Made by a program: the position numbers and the translations under genes. Below, one piece after another: positions 10,251-19,356 of a DNA stretch of 32,000 nucleotides (position 1 is the stretch's first letter; the number at the start of each line of letters is the position of its first letter). The stretch lies in the NCBI RefSeq assembly GCF_009557235.1, contig NZ_CP045650.1:1320001-1352000 (forward strand). Direction: 5' to 3'. The notes beneath the pieces were generated by a model, which did no database searches, was not told the origin of the DNA, and saw only the letters and a program-made list of their open reading frames with translations. Origin of the DNA: Acinetobacter wanghuae (GTDB lineage Bacteria > Pseudomonadota > Gammaproteobacteria > Pseudomonadales > Moraxellaceae).

Positions 10251-10664
10251 ATGCCAAGCAATAAACGTCAACCGTGTTTAAGCGAAATCAAGAACGCCTT
10301 TTACCAATCGGGCATTATCGATTGGCATATTCATCCGCGTTTAGAAAATGAACCGCTTGATGATGAAGAATCGGACATTGCGGTACAAACAGCACCACCA
10401 GAATTCAAACGTCCACCGATGTATGCTGTTGTTTTAATGAACGATGATTACACGCCGATGGAGTTTGTAATCGAAATTTTACAACAATACTTTGCAATGA
10501 ATCTTGACCAAGCGACACAAGTAATGCTAACTGTACATTATGAAGGAAAAGGTGTAGCTGGGGTCTATCCACGAGACATTGCGGAGACCAAAGCGAACCA
10601 AGTCAATAATTACGCTCGATATCAAGGTCATCCTTTACTTTGCCAAATAGAGCCTAAAGATTAA
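10251..10664 (+). CDS. clpS: ATP-dependent Clp protease adaptor ClpS
   Basis: The core [27 protein letters not shown]...[11 protein letters not shown]...HPLLC closely parallels E. coli ClpS. It lies immediately upstream of clpA. Confidence 0.85.
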   Translation: MPSNKRQPCLSEIKNAFYQSGIIDWHIHPRLENEPLDDEESDIAVQTAPPEFKRPPMYAVVLMNDDYTPMEFVIEILQQYFAMNLDQATQVMLTVHYEGKGVAGVYPRDIAETKANQVNNYARYQGHPLLCQIEPKD

Positions 10665-10673
10665 GGGGGTTAC

Positions 10674-12950
10674 ATGCTCAGTCGTCAATTAGAAGTATCA
10701 CTACGTTTGGCTGTCAGCATGGCTCGTCAAAAGAGACATGAGTTTCTCACAGTAGAACATTTATTACTGGCATTATTAGACAACGATTCTGCCGTAAATG
10801 CGCTCAAAGCATGCGGTGCAGATATTCTAGTGCTGCGTAAAGAACTCGAAGAATACGTTGAGCAACATACACCAAAGCTCGGTGAAAATAACGACCAAGC
10901 ACCACATCCAACCGAAAGTTTTGATCGCATTTTGCAACGTGCTATTTTCCACGTGCAATCGAGCGGTGGCGACCGTACTGTTGAAGGTGCAGATATCTTG
11001 GTTGCGATGTATTCTGAGCGTGACTCCTTTGCCGTTTACTTATTGAAACGTCATCAAATCAATCGTTTGACACTCACACAATATTTGGCGCATGGTACAC
11101 GTAAAGAAGAAGTCCACGCTGAAGAAGAAGTGGAAGAGCTTGATGGTGAAACAACCAGTTCTGCCAATTCAGGTCCACTTGATCTGTATACCACCAATTT
11201 AAACATTGAAGCGCAAAAGGGTAAAACGGATCCTTTAATTGGGCGTGAAAAAGAAATTGAGCGTGCTGCACAAATTTTATGTCGCCGTCGGAAAAATAAT
11301 CCACTTCTTGTCGGTGATCCAGGGGTTGGTAAAACCTCGATTGCTGAAGGTTTGGCATGGCTGATTGTGAACGGTAAAGCACCAAAACCGCTTGAAAATG
11401 CTGAGATTTTTAGTCTTGATATTGGTGCATTGGTCGCAGGCACAAAATATCGTGGTGACTTTGAAAAACGTTTAAAACAACTTTTGAACGCTTTGAAAAA
11501 AAAACCCGATGCAGTTTTATTTATTGATGAAATTCATATGATTATTGGTGCAGGCTCAAGCATGGGTAGCAGTATGGATGCATCAAATCTGATTAAACCA
11601 GCACTGTCGAATGGTAGCTTACGTTGCATTGGTTCAACGACCTTCCAAGAATATCGTCAAGTCTTTGAAAAAGATCATGCTTTATCGCGCCGTTTCCAAA
11701 AAATTGATATCAATGAGCCTTCAATTTCAGAAACGATTGATATTTTACGTGGCTTAAAATCGAAGTTTGAAGAATTTCATTCGGTTGAATATGATGATCA
11801 AGCTTTGGTTTCTGCGGTTGAACTGTCTTCTAAATTCATCAATGATCGCTTCTTACCAGATAAAGCCATCGATGTGATTGATGAAGCAGGCGCGCAACGT
11901 CGCTTGAAAGCTGAGCAAGAAGATAAAACGATTACCGTTGAAAATATTGAAGATATCGTATCGAAAATTGCACGTATTCCACCAAAAACGGTGTCCAAAG
12001 ATGATAAGAGTGTTCTAGAGCATCTTGAACGCGACCTAAAACGTGTCGTGTTTGGTCAAGATGAAGCGATTGAAGCGTTAGCATCAGCAATTAAACTTTC
12101 TCGTGCCGGACTGAAATCGCCCGACAAACCAGTAGGTAGTTTTGTCTTTGCGGGTCCGACAGGCGTGGGTAAAACAGAAGTGACCAAGCAGCTTGCCAAA
12201 TTAATGGGCGTTGAATTGGTCCGTTTGGACATGTCTGAGTATATGGAGCGTCATGCCGTTTCACGTTTAATTGGCGCGCCTCCGGGCTATGTGGGCTTCG
12301 ATCAAGGTGGCTTGCTCACCGATGCGATTCATAAGAATCCGCATTGCGTATTGCTTCTAGATGAAATTGAAAAAGCGCATCCAGATGTCTTTAATTTGTT
12401 ATTGCAAATTATGGATCATGGGTCATTGACGGACAATAATGGGCGTAAATCTGACTTCCGTAATGTGGTGCTTGTATTGACTACCAATATTGGCGCAGAA
12501 AGTATTTCTCGAGTCAGCATTGGCTTCATGGATCAAGACAATAGCAACGATAACCAAGATGCAATGAAAAAAGCATTCTCACCAGAATTCCGTAACCGTT
12601 TGGATGGTGTGATTCAATTTAAAGCCTTGCAAAATACGATTATTGAAAATGTGGTCGATAAGTTCTTAACCGAACTACAAGCGCAATTGGATGATAAGAA
12701 AGTTGTGCTTGAGGTTGATCAAAGTGCACGTGAATGGATGTCTGAAAATGGCTATGACCGTTTGATGGGTGCACGCCCGATGCAACGTTTAATCCAAGAG
12801 CACTTGAAAAAACCACTTGCTGAAATGATTCTCTTTGGTGAGCTTGCTGAAAATGGCGGTAATGTGGCTGTTTCAGTGAAGAAAGAAAATGGTAAAGCAG
12901 TCGGTCTAAAACTTGAAGTGTTTGAAGATTCAACCGCTGAACCGGCTTAA
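10674..12950 (+). CDS. clpA: ATP-dependent Clp protease ATP-binding subunit ClpA
   Basis: 758 aa with two AAA+ modules (Walker A motifs GDPGVGKT and GPTGVGKT; Walker B motifs LFIDEIH and LLLDEIEKA) and an N-terminal Clp_N repeat. Confidence 0.95.
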   Translation: MLSRQLEVSLRLAVSMARQKRHEFLTVEHLLLALLDNDSAVNALKACGADILVLRKELEEYVEQHTPKLGENNDQAPHPTESFDRILQRAIFHVQSSGGDRTVEGADILVAMYSERDSFAVYLLKRHQINRLTLTQYLAHGTRKEEVHAEEEVEELDGETTSSANSGPLDLYTTNLNIEAQKGKTDPLIGREKEIERAAQILCRRRKNNPLLVGDPGVGKTSIAEGLAWLIVNGKAPKPLENAEIFSLDIGALVAGTKYRGDFEKRLKQLLNALKKKPDAVLFIDEIHMIIGAGSSMGSSMDASNLIKPALSNGSLRCIGSTTFQEYRQVFEKDHALSRRFQKIDINEPSISETIDILRGLKSKFEEFHSVEYDDQALVSAVELSSKFINDRFLPDKAIDVIDEAGAQRRLKAEQEDKTITVENIEDIVSKIARIPPKTVSKDDKSVLEHLERDLKRVVFGQDEAIEALASAIKLSRAGLKSPDKPVGSFVFAGPTGVGKTEVTKQLAKLMGVELVRLDMSEYMERHAVSRLIGAPPGYVGFDQGGLLTDAIHKNPHCVLLLDEIEKAHPDVFNLLLQIMDHGSLTDNNGRKSDFRNVVLVLTTNIGAESISRVSIGFMDQDNSNDNQDAMKKAFSPEFRNRLDGVIQFKALQNTIIENVVDKFLTELQAQLDDKKVVLEVDQSAREWMSENGYDRLMGARPMQRLIQEHLKKPLAEMILFGELAENGGNVAVSVKKENGKAVGLKLEVFEDSTAEPA

Positions 12951-12963
12951 ATTTTCTGATGAG

Positions 12964-12991
12964 AAAAACCCGTGTAAACACGGGTTTTTTT
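12964..12991 (+). terminator. Rho-independent terminator of clpSA
   Basis: AACCCGTG / loop TAAA / CACGGGTT followed by a T-run (positions 12985-12991 are all T, including the two T's that close the stem). Confidence 0.9.
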
Positions 12992-13019
12992 GTATATTCC
13001 ATTTGTTAAGAACTTAAAA

Positions 13020-13382
13020 ATGATGATCACGGATTTATCTGTAACGAAGCTTTTAACCACATTAGGGTTATTTTTTCTGACTGCTTTAATGGAAATACTT
13101 GGTTGTTATTTTCCTTACCTGATTTTAAATCAAGGTCGTAGTCACTGGTTTTGGATTCCAACCGCCTTAGTATTGGCTATTTTTGTTTGGTTACTTACTT
13201 TGCATCCTGCTGCATCGGGTCGTATTTATGCTGCATATGGGGGAATCTATATTTTCTCGGCACTGATGTGGCTAAAGTTTGTTGACCACGTGAGTCTATC
13301 TCGTTGGGATGTGTTAGGCGGGGCGATTGTTATTGCAGGTGCATTGATCATTATTTTGCAACCACAAGGTTTGATTCGATAA
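13020..13382 (+). CDS. ynfA: UPF0060 family small membrane protein YnfA
   Basis: Colinear with E. coli YnfA (EI.GC.FP..., FVWLLTLHPAASGR.YAAYGG.Y). The track's TTG start at 12990 sits inside the clpA terminator T-run, so the ATG at 13020 is preferred. Confidence 0.75.
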   Translation: MMITDLSVTKLLTTLGLFFLTALMEILGCYFPYLILNQGRSHWFWIPTALVLAIFVWLLTLHPAASGRIYAAYGGIYIFSALMWLKFVDHVSLSRWDVLGGAIVIAGALIIILQPQGLIR

Positions 13383-13458
13383 CTTTTATTGTTGAAAAAT
13401 AAATCATTGGAGGGATCGTCTTTTTAATCTCATTATTTTGTTTAAATCAACGCTACAT

Positions 13459-13482
13459 AAAAAAAGCACCCGAAGGTGCTTT
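13459..13482 (-). terminator. Rho-independent terminator of argF
   Basis: On the minus strand: AAGCACC / loop UUCG / GGUGCUU followed by UUUUUUU. Confidence 0.85.
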
Positions 13483-13498
13483 CGTTTAAGCTAAAAGC

Positions 13499-14419
13499 TT
13501 AGTCTTTTTTAAGGTTTTCATTAAGCAAGAATTCAACCAATGCTTTTTGAGCATGTAAACGGTTTTCTGCTTCATCCCAAACCACGGCATTTTTGTGATC
13601 AAGCATGTTTTCTGAAATTTCTTCACCGCGATGCGCAGGTAAACAATGCATAAATAAGCAATCAGGGTGTGCAATATCCATTAGGCGCTCATTCACTTGA
13701 TAGTCTGCAAATGCCTTTTCACGGATTTTTTGCTCTTCTTCTTGTCCCATGCTCGCCCAAACATCGGTCACGATGAGATCAGCATTGACCGCAGCATCTT
13801 CAGCTGAATCTACCAATTCAACACAATGCGCAAATTCAGTTAAGAATTTTTCTTGTGGTTCATAACCTTTAGGCGCAGCAATTTTTAAATTAAAGCCCCA
13901 CATATGTGCAGCTTCAATATATGAGTTACACATATTGTTGCCGTCACCGATCCAAGCCACTGTTTTACCTTCGATTGAACCGCGTTGTTCAAGGAAGGTT
14001 TGCATGTCAGCGAGCAGTTGGCAAGGGTGATGATCATCGGTCAATGCATTGATTACAGGAACTTTTGAATACGATGCAAAGCGTTCCACGATGTCATGAC
14101 CAAAAGTACGAATCATCACAATATCAAGCATGCTTGATATGACACGTGCAGAATCTTCAACGGGTTCGCCACGACCTAATTGCGAATCGCGAGAAGAAAG
14201 GAAAATTGCGCTACCGCCAAATTGGCTCATGCCAGCTTCAAACGAAACACGTGTGCGAGTACTCGATTTTTCAAAAATCATACCCATGACTTTGCCAACA
14301 AAGGGTTGGAAAACTTCATTGTTATGCTGTTTGCGCTTCAGTTCAATTGCGCGTTGCAAAATTTGGTTCAGTTCTAAAGTCGATAAATCACGTAAAGTTA
14401 GAAAGTGACGGAGAGCCAT
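13499..14419 (-). CDS. argF: Ornithine carbamoyltransferase
   Basis: Carbamoyl-phosphate motif STRTR, ornithine-binding motifs DDHHPCQ and [12 protein letters not shown]. 306 aa. Confidence 0.9.
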   Translation of the reverse strand: MALRHFLTLRDLSTLELNQILQRAIELKRKQHNNEVFQPFVGKVMGMIFEKSSTRTRVSFEAGMSQFGGSAIFLSSRDSQLGRGEPVEDSARVISSMLDIVMIRTFGHDIVERFASYSKVPVINALTDDHHPCQLLADMQTFLEQRGSIEGKTVAWIGDGNNMCNSYIEAAHMWGFNLKIAAPKGYEPQEKFLTEFAHCVELVDSAEDAAVNADLIVTDVWASMGQEEEQKIREKAFADYQVNERLMDIAHPDCLFMHCLPAHRGEEISENMLDHKNAVVWDEAENRLHAQKALVEFLLNENLKKD

Positions 14420-14532
14420 CAGTTACTCCACAATAATCGCTGAAAATATATGATCAACAATCAGTTGTTGGTTGGTTAAGAAAAAATACGGAATCGGCTA
14501 ATATACTATATGACAGGCAAATTGCAAAAGAA

Positions 14533-15195
14533 CTAACGGTTTTGATGGGCGTCTAGAAAGCGATCGACACAATAACTGATGTATTTGTTGGTTTCTTGAG
14601 CATTTTCTTGAGCAGGAATGCCCATTAAAATGCGCCATTCTAAATTTCTCAAAATGCCAAAATAAAGTTGCGCTGAATATTCAGGATTTTCACAATATAA
14701 CAACCCCTGATCATGAGCATTTTGTAGTGCATTGCTAATCACTTGTTGAATATACACCGGCCCACGCTCATGAATATGCAATGCAATATCCGGATTGCGT
14801 TGACTTTGCTCCAACACCAAACGCATAAAGGCTGAATTTTCAGGGGCAACAATATGTCGATAAAAATTAATCAATGTGTCAATCAGGTAACTACGTAAAT
14901 CACTCGTCATGCGTTCAATCGGTAAGCTGATATCTTCAAAAAACTGATGGCGGCGATAATCACAAATGGCTTTAAATAAACCTTCTTTATTGCCAAAGTA
15001 TTTATAAATAGAGGCTTTCGAGCCGCCAGCATGATTGACAATATCATCGAGTGAGACATTGTCATAACCACGGTCTAGGAATAATTGTGTGGCACTCATC
15101 AGTAAAGCAACACAGCGTTCATGTCCGCGCTTGGTGGGAGGCACATCTTTAGCCAAGGGCTCTAATTGAACGTGTACTTGCATATTAAAGTGCAT
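14533..15195 (-). CDS. TetR/AcrR-family transcriptional regulator
   Basis: N-terminal HTH signature VSLDDIVNHAGGSKASIYKYFGNKEGLF. About 220 aa. Divergent from prpB. The start codon is uncertain (15195 or 15183). Confidence 0.8.
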   Translation of the reverse strand: MHFNMQVHVQLEPLAKDVPPTKRGHERCVALLMSATQLFLDRGYDNVSLDDIVNHAGGSKASIYKYFGNKEGLFKAICDYRRHQFFEDISLPIERMTSDLRSYLIDTLINFYRHIVAPENSAFMRLVLEQSQRNPDIALHIHERGPVYIQQVISNALQNAHDQGLLYCENPEYSAQLYFGILRNLEWRILMGIPAQENAQETNKYISYCVDRFLDAHQNR

Positions 15196-15408
15196 CGATA
15201 GAATAAGAAATCAGTTGCGATTATAACAACTTTGTGAGCACATTTCAGAAATACCCTATGGTTGATATTTCGTCAGACAATACATCTATAAAATACTTGA
15301 ATATTTGACTAAAGTTTTAGAGTATTTATTCTATACAGCCATAGCGCGGCTAAGCCAAATGGGTATACTCAAAATTCAATAAGTATAGCGAAGACTGTGG
15401 AAAGGACT

Positions 15409-16293
15409 ATGACACAAAAAATGTCTGCAGGTTTAAAATTTAGACAAGCATTAGAAATCGAAAAACCACTACAAATTATGGGCACAGTAAATGCCTATTC
15501 AGCCATGATGGCGACCCAAGTGGGTTATAAAGCGATTTATGTTTCGGGTGCAGGTGTCGCCAACTATTCCTATGGTTTACCTGATTTAGGCATGACCAGT
15601 CTGGATAATGTCCTTGAAGATGTACGACGTATCACAGAGCGTGTCGATACGCCACTGTTGGTTGATATCGATACAGGTTGGGGTGGTGCATTTAATATTG
15701 CGCGTAGCATCAAACAGATGATTGCAGCAGGTGCAGCAGCCGTTCATATTGAAGATCAGGTGGCACAAAAACGTTGTGGACATCGTCCCAATAAAGAAAT
15801 TGTGACCCAACAAGAAATGGTGGATCGTGTTAAAGCCGCAGTTGATGCAAAAACTGATTCAGACTTTGTGGTTATGGCACGTACGGATGCTTTACAAAAA
15901 GAAGGCTTACAAGCGGTAATTGATCGTGCTTGTGCGTGTGTGGAAGCAGGTGCAGATGCCATTTTTGCTGAAGCCATGACGGACATTAGCATGTATAAAA
16001 CAGTGTGTGATGCGGTGGGTGTGCCTGTACTTGCCAATTTAACCGAATTTGGTGACACACCTTACTACACGGTAGATGAATTGGGTGAACAAGGTATTCG
16101 TATGGTGTTGTATCCATTAACCGCAACACGTGCAATGCAAAAAGCGGCATTAGAAGTGATGCAATCGGTACGTCAACATGGCACACAAGTGAATGTACTG
16201 GATAAAATGCAACAACGAAAAGAATTATACGAATTTTTAGACTATCACAGCTTTGAAAATACCTTAGATAAACTGTTTAAGCAGGAGAATTAA
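15409..16293 (+). CDS. prpB: 2-Methylisocitrate lyase
   Basis: PEP-mutase/isocitrate-lyase fold motifs ([21 protein letters not shown]). It lies 4 nt upstream of prpC. The ATG at 15409 is preferred over the track's GTG at 15397. Confidence 0.9.
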   Translation: MTQKMSAGLKFRQALEIEKPLQIMGTVNAYSAMMATQVGYKAIYVSGAGVANYSYGLPDLGMTSLDNVLEDVRRITERVDTPLLVDIDTGWGGAFNIARSIKQMIAAGAAAVHIEDQVAQKRCGHRPNKEIVTQQEMVDRVKAAVDAKTDSDFVVMARTDALQKEGLQAVIDRACACVEAGADAIFAEAMTDISMYKTVCDAVGVPVLANLTEFGDTPYYTVDELGEQGIRMVLYPLTATRAMQKAALEVMQSVRQHGTQVNVLDKMQQRKELYEFLDYHSFENTLDKLFKQEN

Positions 16294-16297
16294 AAGA

Positions 16298-17425
16298 ATG
16301 GCTGAAGGAAAAGTACTCACAGGCGCGGGATTGCGCGGACAAGTGGCAGGTAAAACTGCACTTTCAACTGTTGGCAAAAGTGGTGCAGGTCTCACCTATC
16401 GGGGTTACGATGTTCAGGATCTTGCAGAAAATTGCCAATTTGAAGAAGTGGCTTATTTAATCTTCTTTGGTGAATTGCCAAGTACTGAGCAATTGGCTCA
16501 ATATAAAGCAAAACTTAAATCTTTACGTGCTTTGCCACAGGCCTTGAAAGAAGTGTTGGAACGTATTCCTGCGGATTCGCATCCAATGGATGTGATGCGT
16601 ACGGGTGTGTCTATGCTCGGTAACATTGAAACTGAAGCAAGTTTTACCGATCAGCAAGATGTGGCAGATCGTATTCTCGCAACATTACCTGCGATTATTT
16701 GCTATTGGTACCGCTATAGCCATGACGGCGTACGTATTGAGGAAAATACGGATGATGACTCAATTGGTGCGCAATTCTTGCATTTGCTGCGTGGTGAAAA
16801 GCCGAATGAATTGCATGAACAAGTCATGAATGTATCTTTGATTTTGTATGCTGAGCATGAGTTTAATGCTTCGACATTTACAGCGCGTGTTTGTGCATCC
16901 ACTTTATCGGATATGCATTCGTGCATTACCGGTGCAATTGGTTCATTGCGTGGTCCATTGCATGGTGGTGCCAATGAAGCTGCAATGGAAATGATTGAGA
17001 ACTGGACATCCGCAGACGAAGCAGAACGTGAAATGTTGGGTAAGCTTGAGCGTAAAGAAAAGATCATGGGCTTCGGTCATGCGATTTATAAAGACAATGA
17101 TCCAAGGAATGGCATTATCAAAATTTGGTCTGAGCGTTTAGCCAAAGATGTGGGCGACACCGTACTCTATCCAGTGTCCGTGCGCTGTGAAGAAGTGATG
17201 TGGCGTGAAAAGAAACTTTTCTGTAATGCTGATTTCTTCCATGCATCGGCTTATCACTTTATGGGCATTCCGACCAAACTGTTTACGCCAATTTTTGTGA
17301 TGTCACGTGTTACAGGTTGGGCAGCCCATGTGATGGAGCAACGTGCCGATAACCGTATTATTCGTCCAAGTGCCGATTATACTGGTCCTGAATTACGCAA
17401 AGTTGTACCGATTGCACAGCGTTAA
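16298..17425 (+). CDS. prpC: 2-Methylcitrate synthase
   Basis: Short-type citrate synthase family protein of 375 aa (GPLHGGANEAA, GFGHAIYKDNDPRN) located directly after prpB. Confidence 0.9.
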   Translation: MAEGKVLTGAGLRGQVAGKTALSTVGKSGAGLTYRGYDVQDLAENCQFEEVAYLIFFGELPSTEQLAQYKAKLKSLRALPQALKEVLERIPADSHPMDVMRTGVSMLGNIETEASFTDQQDVADRILATLPAIICYWYRYSHDGVRIEENTDDDSIGAQFLHLLRGEKPNELHEQVMNVSLILYAEHEFNASTFTARVCASTLSDMHSCITGAIGSLRGPLHGGANEAAMEMIENWTSADEAEREMLGKLERKEKIMGFGHAIYKDNDPRNGIIKIWSERLAKDVGDTVLYPVSVRCEEVMWREKKLFCNADFFHASAYHFMGIPTKLFTPIFVMSRVTGWAAHVMEQRADNRIIRPSADYTGPELRKVVPIAQR

Positions 17426-17440
17426 TTTGAGTTAAATCAT

Positions 17441-17466
17441 AAAGGTCTCGAAAGAGACCTTTTTTA
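17441..17466 (+). terminator. Rho-independent terminator of prpBC
   Basis: AAGGTCTC / loop GAAA / GAGACCTT followed by TTTT(T). Confidence 0.9.
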
Positions 17467-17675
17467 CGTACACAGCTTAACTAGAAAAGCTTAATATTCT
17501 GATAAATATGACTATTTAAATAAAAATGACTGATATTGAATATCAAGATAAAGACTAATTGGTAATTGATTGTGCTAAGTGATGAAATCATGATCTATTT
17601 TCAAAATTAAAGCTATCATCCGATAGCAATCGGTGTTAAAAATAAAAATAAAGTGCATAACGAAAGTGGGTAGAA

Positions 17676-17909
17676 ATGATGAAAACTACAGTTAAATATG
17701 TTGTTCTAAAAAGTTTAGACTATCAGCTTGGAACACCGTTATTTCAAGAGGAAATTGAGGCTGATGGCCAGTACTTTGACCAGATTCCGAGCACATTTGA
17801 ATATCAAAAATTGAAACTCAAAGTCAAAAGCAAAGAACTCAAGCGTGTTTACCTGGCTGAAGAAAATGACGATTCACAAACGATTATTGTTAAAGTGGTT
17901 GTGATCTAA
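17676..17909 (+). CDS. Hypothetical small protein (77 aa)
   Basis: An ORF in an AT-rich patch that is followed by its own terminator. The SD is weak and I recognise no motif. Confidence 0.45.
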   Translation: MMKTTVKYVVLKSLDYQLGTPLFQEEIEADGQYFDQIPSTFEYQKLKLKVKSKELKRVYLAEENDDSQTIIVKVVVI

Positions 17910-17920
17910 ATATCAACACA

Positions 17921-17946
17921 AAAAGGCTGCTGATGGCGGCCTTTTT
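17921..17946 (+). terminator. Rho-independent terminator
   Basis: AGGCTGC / loop TGATG / GCGGCCT (one G-U pair), flanked by AAA and TTTTT. Confidence 0.7.
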
Positions 17947-18285
17947 GTCTGCTGTATCATTAAAATTTGCATCATAGACATAATAAAAATTAAATGAACA
18001 GATTTGATAATTTATATTCTGCTTTAGATGCGGATAACTCTGATTCTAAATCGGTTGAATCATGCAGTGATTAATGGCTGATTGTTATTTGAAAATAAAC
18101 ATACCGAAATAATGACCTGAGATTAATGTGATCTTTTAAGTAATAAATGTATCTTTTGTGAGTCATATAAGCCGATATCAGTGACTTAAATCATTTACAT
18201 TTACATTGAACTAAAATGTAACAGGTGCAGGCTTTTTTGATCCAAAATTAGGAATACGATGGTAACTCAATCAAGGAGTATGACC

Positions 18286-18564
18286 ATGTCAAACCAAGAT
18301 AAGCAAAATCAACAGGGTAATTCAGCGCAACCACAGCGTCAGCAGAATCAGCAAAACCCGAATCAACAACAAAATCCAAATCAGCAGCAACAGCAACAAG
18401 ATCAGAAAGATTCGACCCAACGTCAGCAGAATCAACAACAGCAAGATCAACAGAATCTAAATCAACGTCAACAAAATCCAAATCAACAACAGCAGCAACA
18501 ACCACAGAATGAGCAAAGTTCTCATCAACGTGATCAGCAAGATCAATCCAATAAACAACGTTAA
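18286..18564 (+). CDS. Gln/Asn-rich low-complexity small protein (92 aa from the ATG at 18286)
   Basis: AAGGAG SD at 18273-18278, 7 nt before the ATG at 18286. The upstream ATGs at 18259 and 18280 have no SD or poor spacing. A strong terminator follows directly. By hand count, 45 Q and 15 N in 92 residues. Confidence 0.6.
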   Translation: MSNQDKQNQQGNSAQPQRQQNQQNPNQQQNPNQQQQQQDQKDSTQRQQNQQQQDQQNLNQRQQNPNQQQQQQPQNEQSSHQRDQQDQSNKQR

Positions 18565-18573
18565 AATTCATTC

Positions 18574-18604
18574 AAAAAAAAATCGCTTTCGGGCGATTTT
18601 TTTA
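18574..18604 (+). terminator. Rho-independent terminator of the Q/N-rich gene
   Basis: A-run, ATCGC(T) / loop TTCG / (G)GCGAT, then TTTTTTT. Confidence 0.8.
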
Positions 18605-18802
18605 TTTCTCTTATTATTTTGATGCCAGTATTTCATTTTATTTATGATCAAAATCAATCCCTATAATTCTTGATACATCTGATCTATAGCCTATTTAAAT
18701 ATAAGCGCGCATGATGAATAGAGAGCCAAAATTAAAATTGAACAAATCACACGATAGAGAAGGTTGTTGGCGGCGGTTGAAATTAAATAAAGAGATAACA
18801 AT

Positions 18803-19030
18803 ATGACATTTAAAAGAGTAATCGTTCATCCGATGTATCAAGACTTCCACACAACCCCGCGCATATATTTTATGGGCGAATATAACGATCATCAGCAGTT
18901 AATTAATGTATTTAATCATACGCATCAAAAACTTAAACCCATTGAAGGCACTTATCAGTGGGAACTGCTAGACCATTCTGTCGTATATTTTGTTGAAGAA
19001 GATTCTAAATTCCCAAGAAAAACGATGTAA
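18803..19030 (+). CDS. Hypothetical small protein (75 aa)
   Basis: AAAGAG SD 8 nt upstream of the ATG. AT-rich. No recognisable motif. Forms a pair with the next ORF (11-nt gap). Confidence 0.45.
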   Translation: MTFKRVIVHPMYQDFHTTPRIYFMGEYNDHQQLINVFNHTHQKLKPIEGTYQWELLDHSVVYFVEEDSKFPRKTM

Positions 19031-19041
19031 GGGCATCATGA

Positions 19042-19248
19042 ATGACATTTCCACGTAAACAATTGATTTTGTATCATCAGGCACAGCCCGACAACAAACG
19101 CTGTGCATGGGCAAACTATAATGAAGAGGGTAGTCTTTTATATATCACGGACTATTATGGAGAATTACTTGAATGCATGAATGGAAGTACGCTCCTGATT
19201 GATCAAGAGCTATGGGTCATTCAAATGGAAGAAATCTTGAGTGACTAA
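19042..19248 (+). CDS. Hypothetical small protein (68 aa), possible paralogue of 18803-19030
   Basis: Same strand, 11 nt after the previous stop. Both proteins start with MTF and share weakly alignable segments. Confidence 0.45.
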   Translation: MTFPRKQLILYHQAQPDNKRCAWANYNEEGSLLYITDYYGELLECMNGSTLLIDQELWVIQMEEILSD

Positions 19249-19356
19249 ATGATGGGGACTCAAGTTCTTCTAAAAATAGCGGAATGTATTTTATTTAACG
19301 TCGCTGCTTTAAAGTCGATTCAGTACAGAATCTAATTCGCTATTTTAAACAAGGTA

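Noticed and set aside
10727-13002. Multiple antisense or alternate-frame ORFs within clpA (10727-10930, 10858-11046, 11054-11443, 11074-11385, 11798-11998, 12640-13002)
   Set aside because: They are fully embedded in a confidently identified 758-aa AAA+ gene and are typical shadow ORFs. The same reasoning applies to the shadow ORFs inside the M16 peptidase, pldA, ktrB, ktrA, ilvA, the ygjP-like gene, argC, argF, prpB, prpC, the cyclase, the 22659 ORF, accC and aroQ.
12990-13019. TTG-initiated 5' extension of ynfA proposed by the ORF track
   Set aside because: The TTG lies within the T-run of the clpA terminator and has no SD. YnfA homology starts near the ATG at 13020/13023.
18248-18571. 107-aa minus-strand ORF (D/V/A-rich) exactly mirroring the Q/N-rich gene
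   Set aside because: It is the reverse complement of a CAA/CAG/AAT-rich repeat, which stays open by composition alone. It has no SD, whereas the plus-strand frame has an ideal SD and a terminator.
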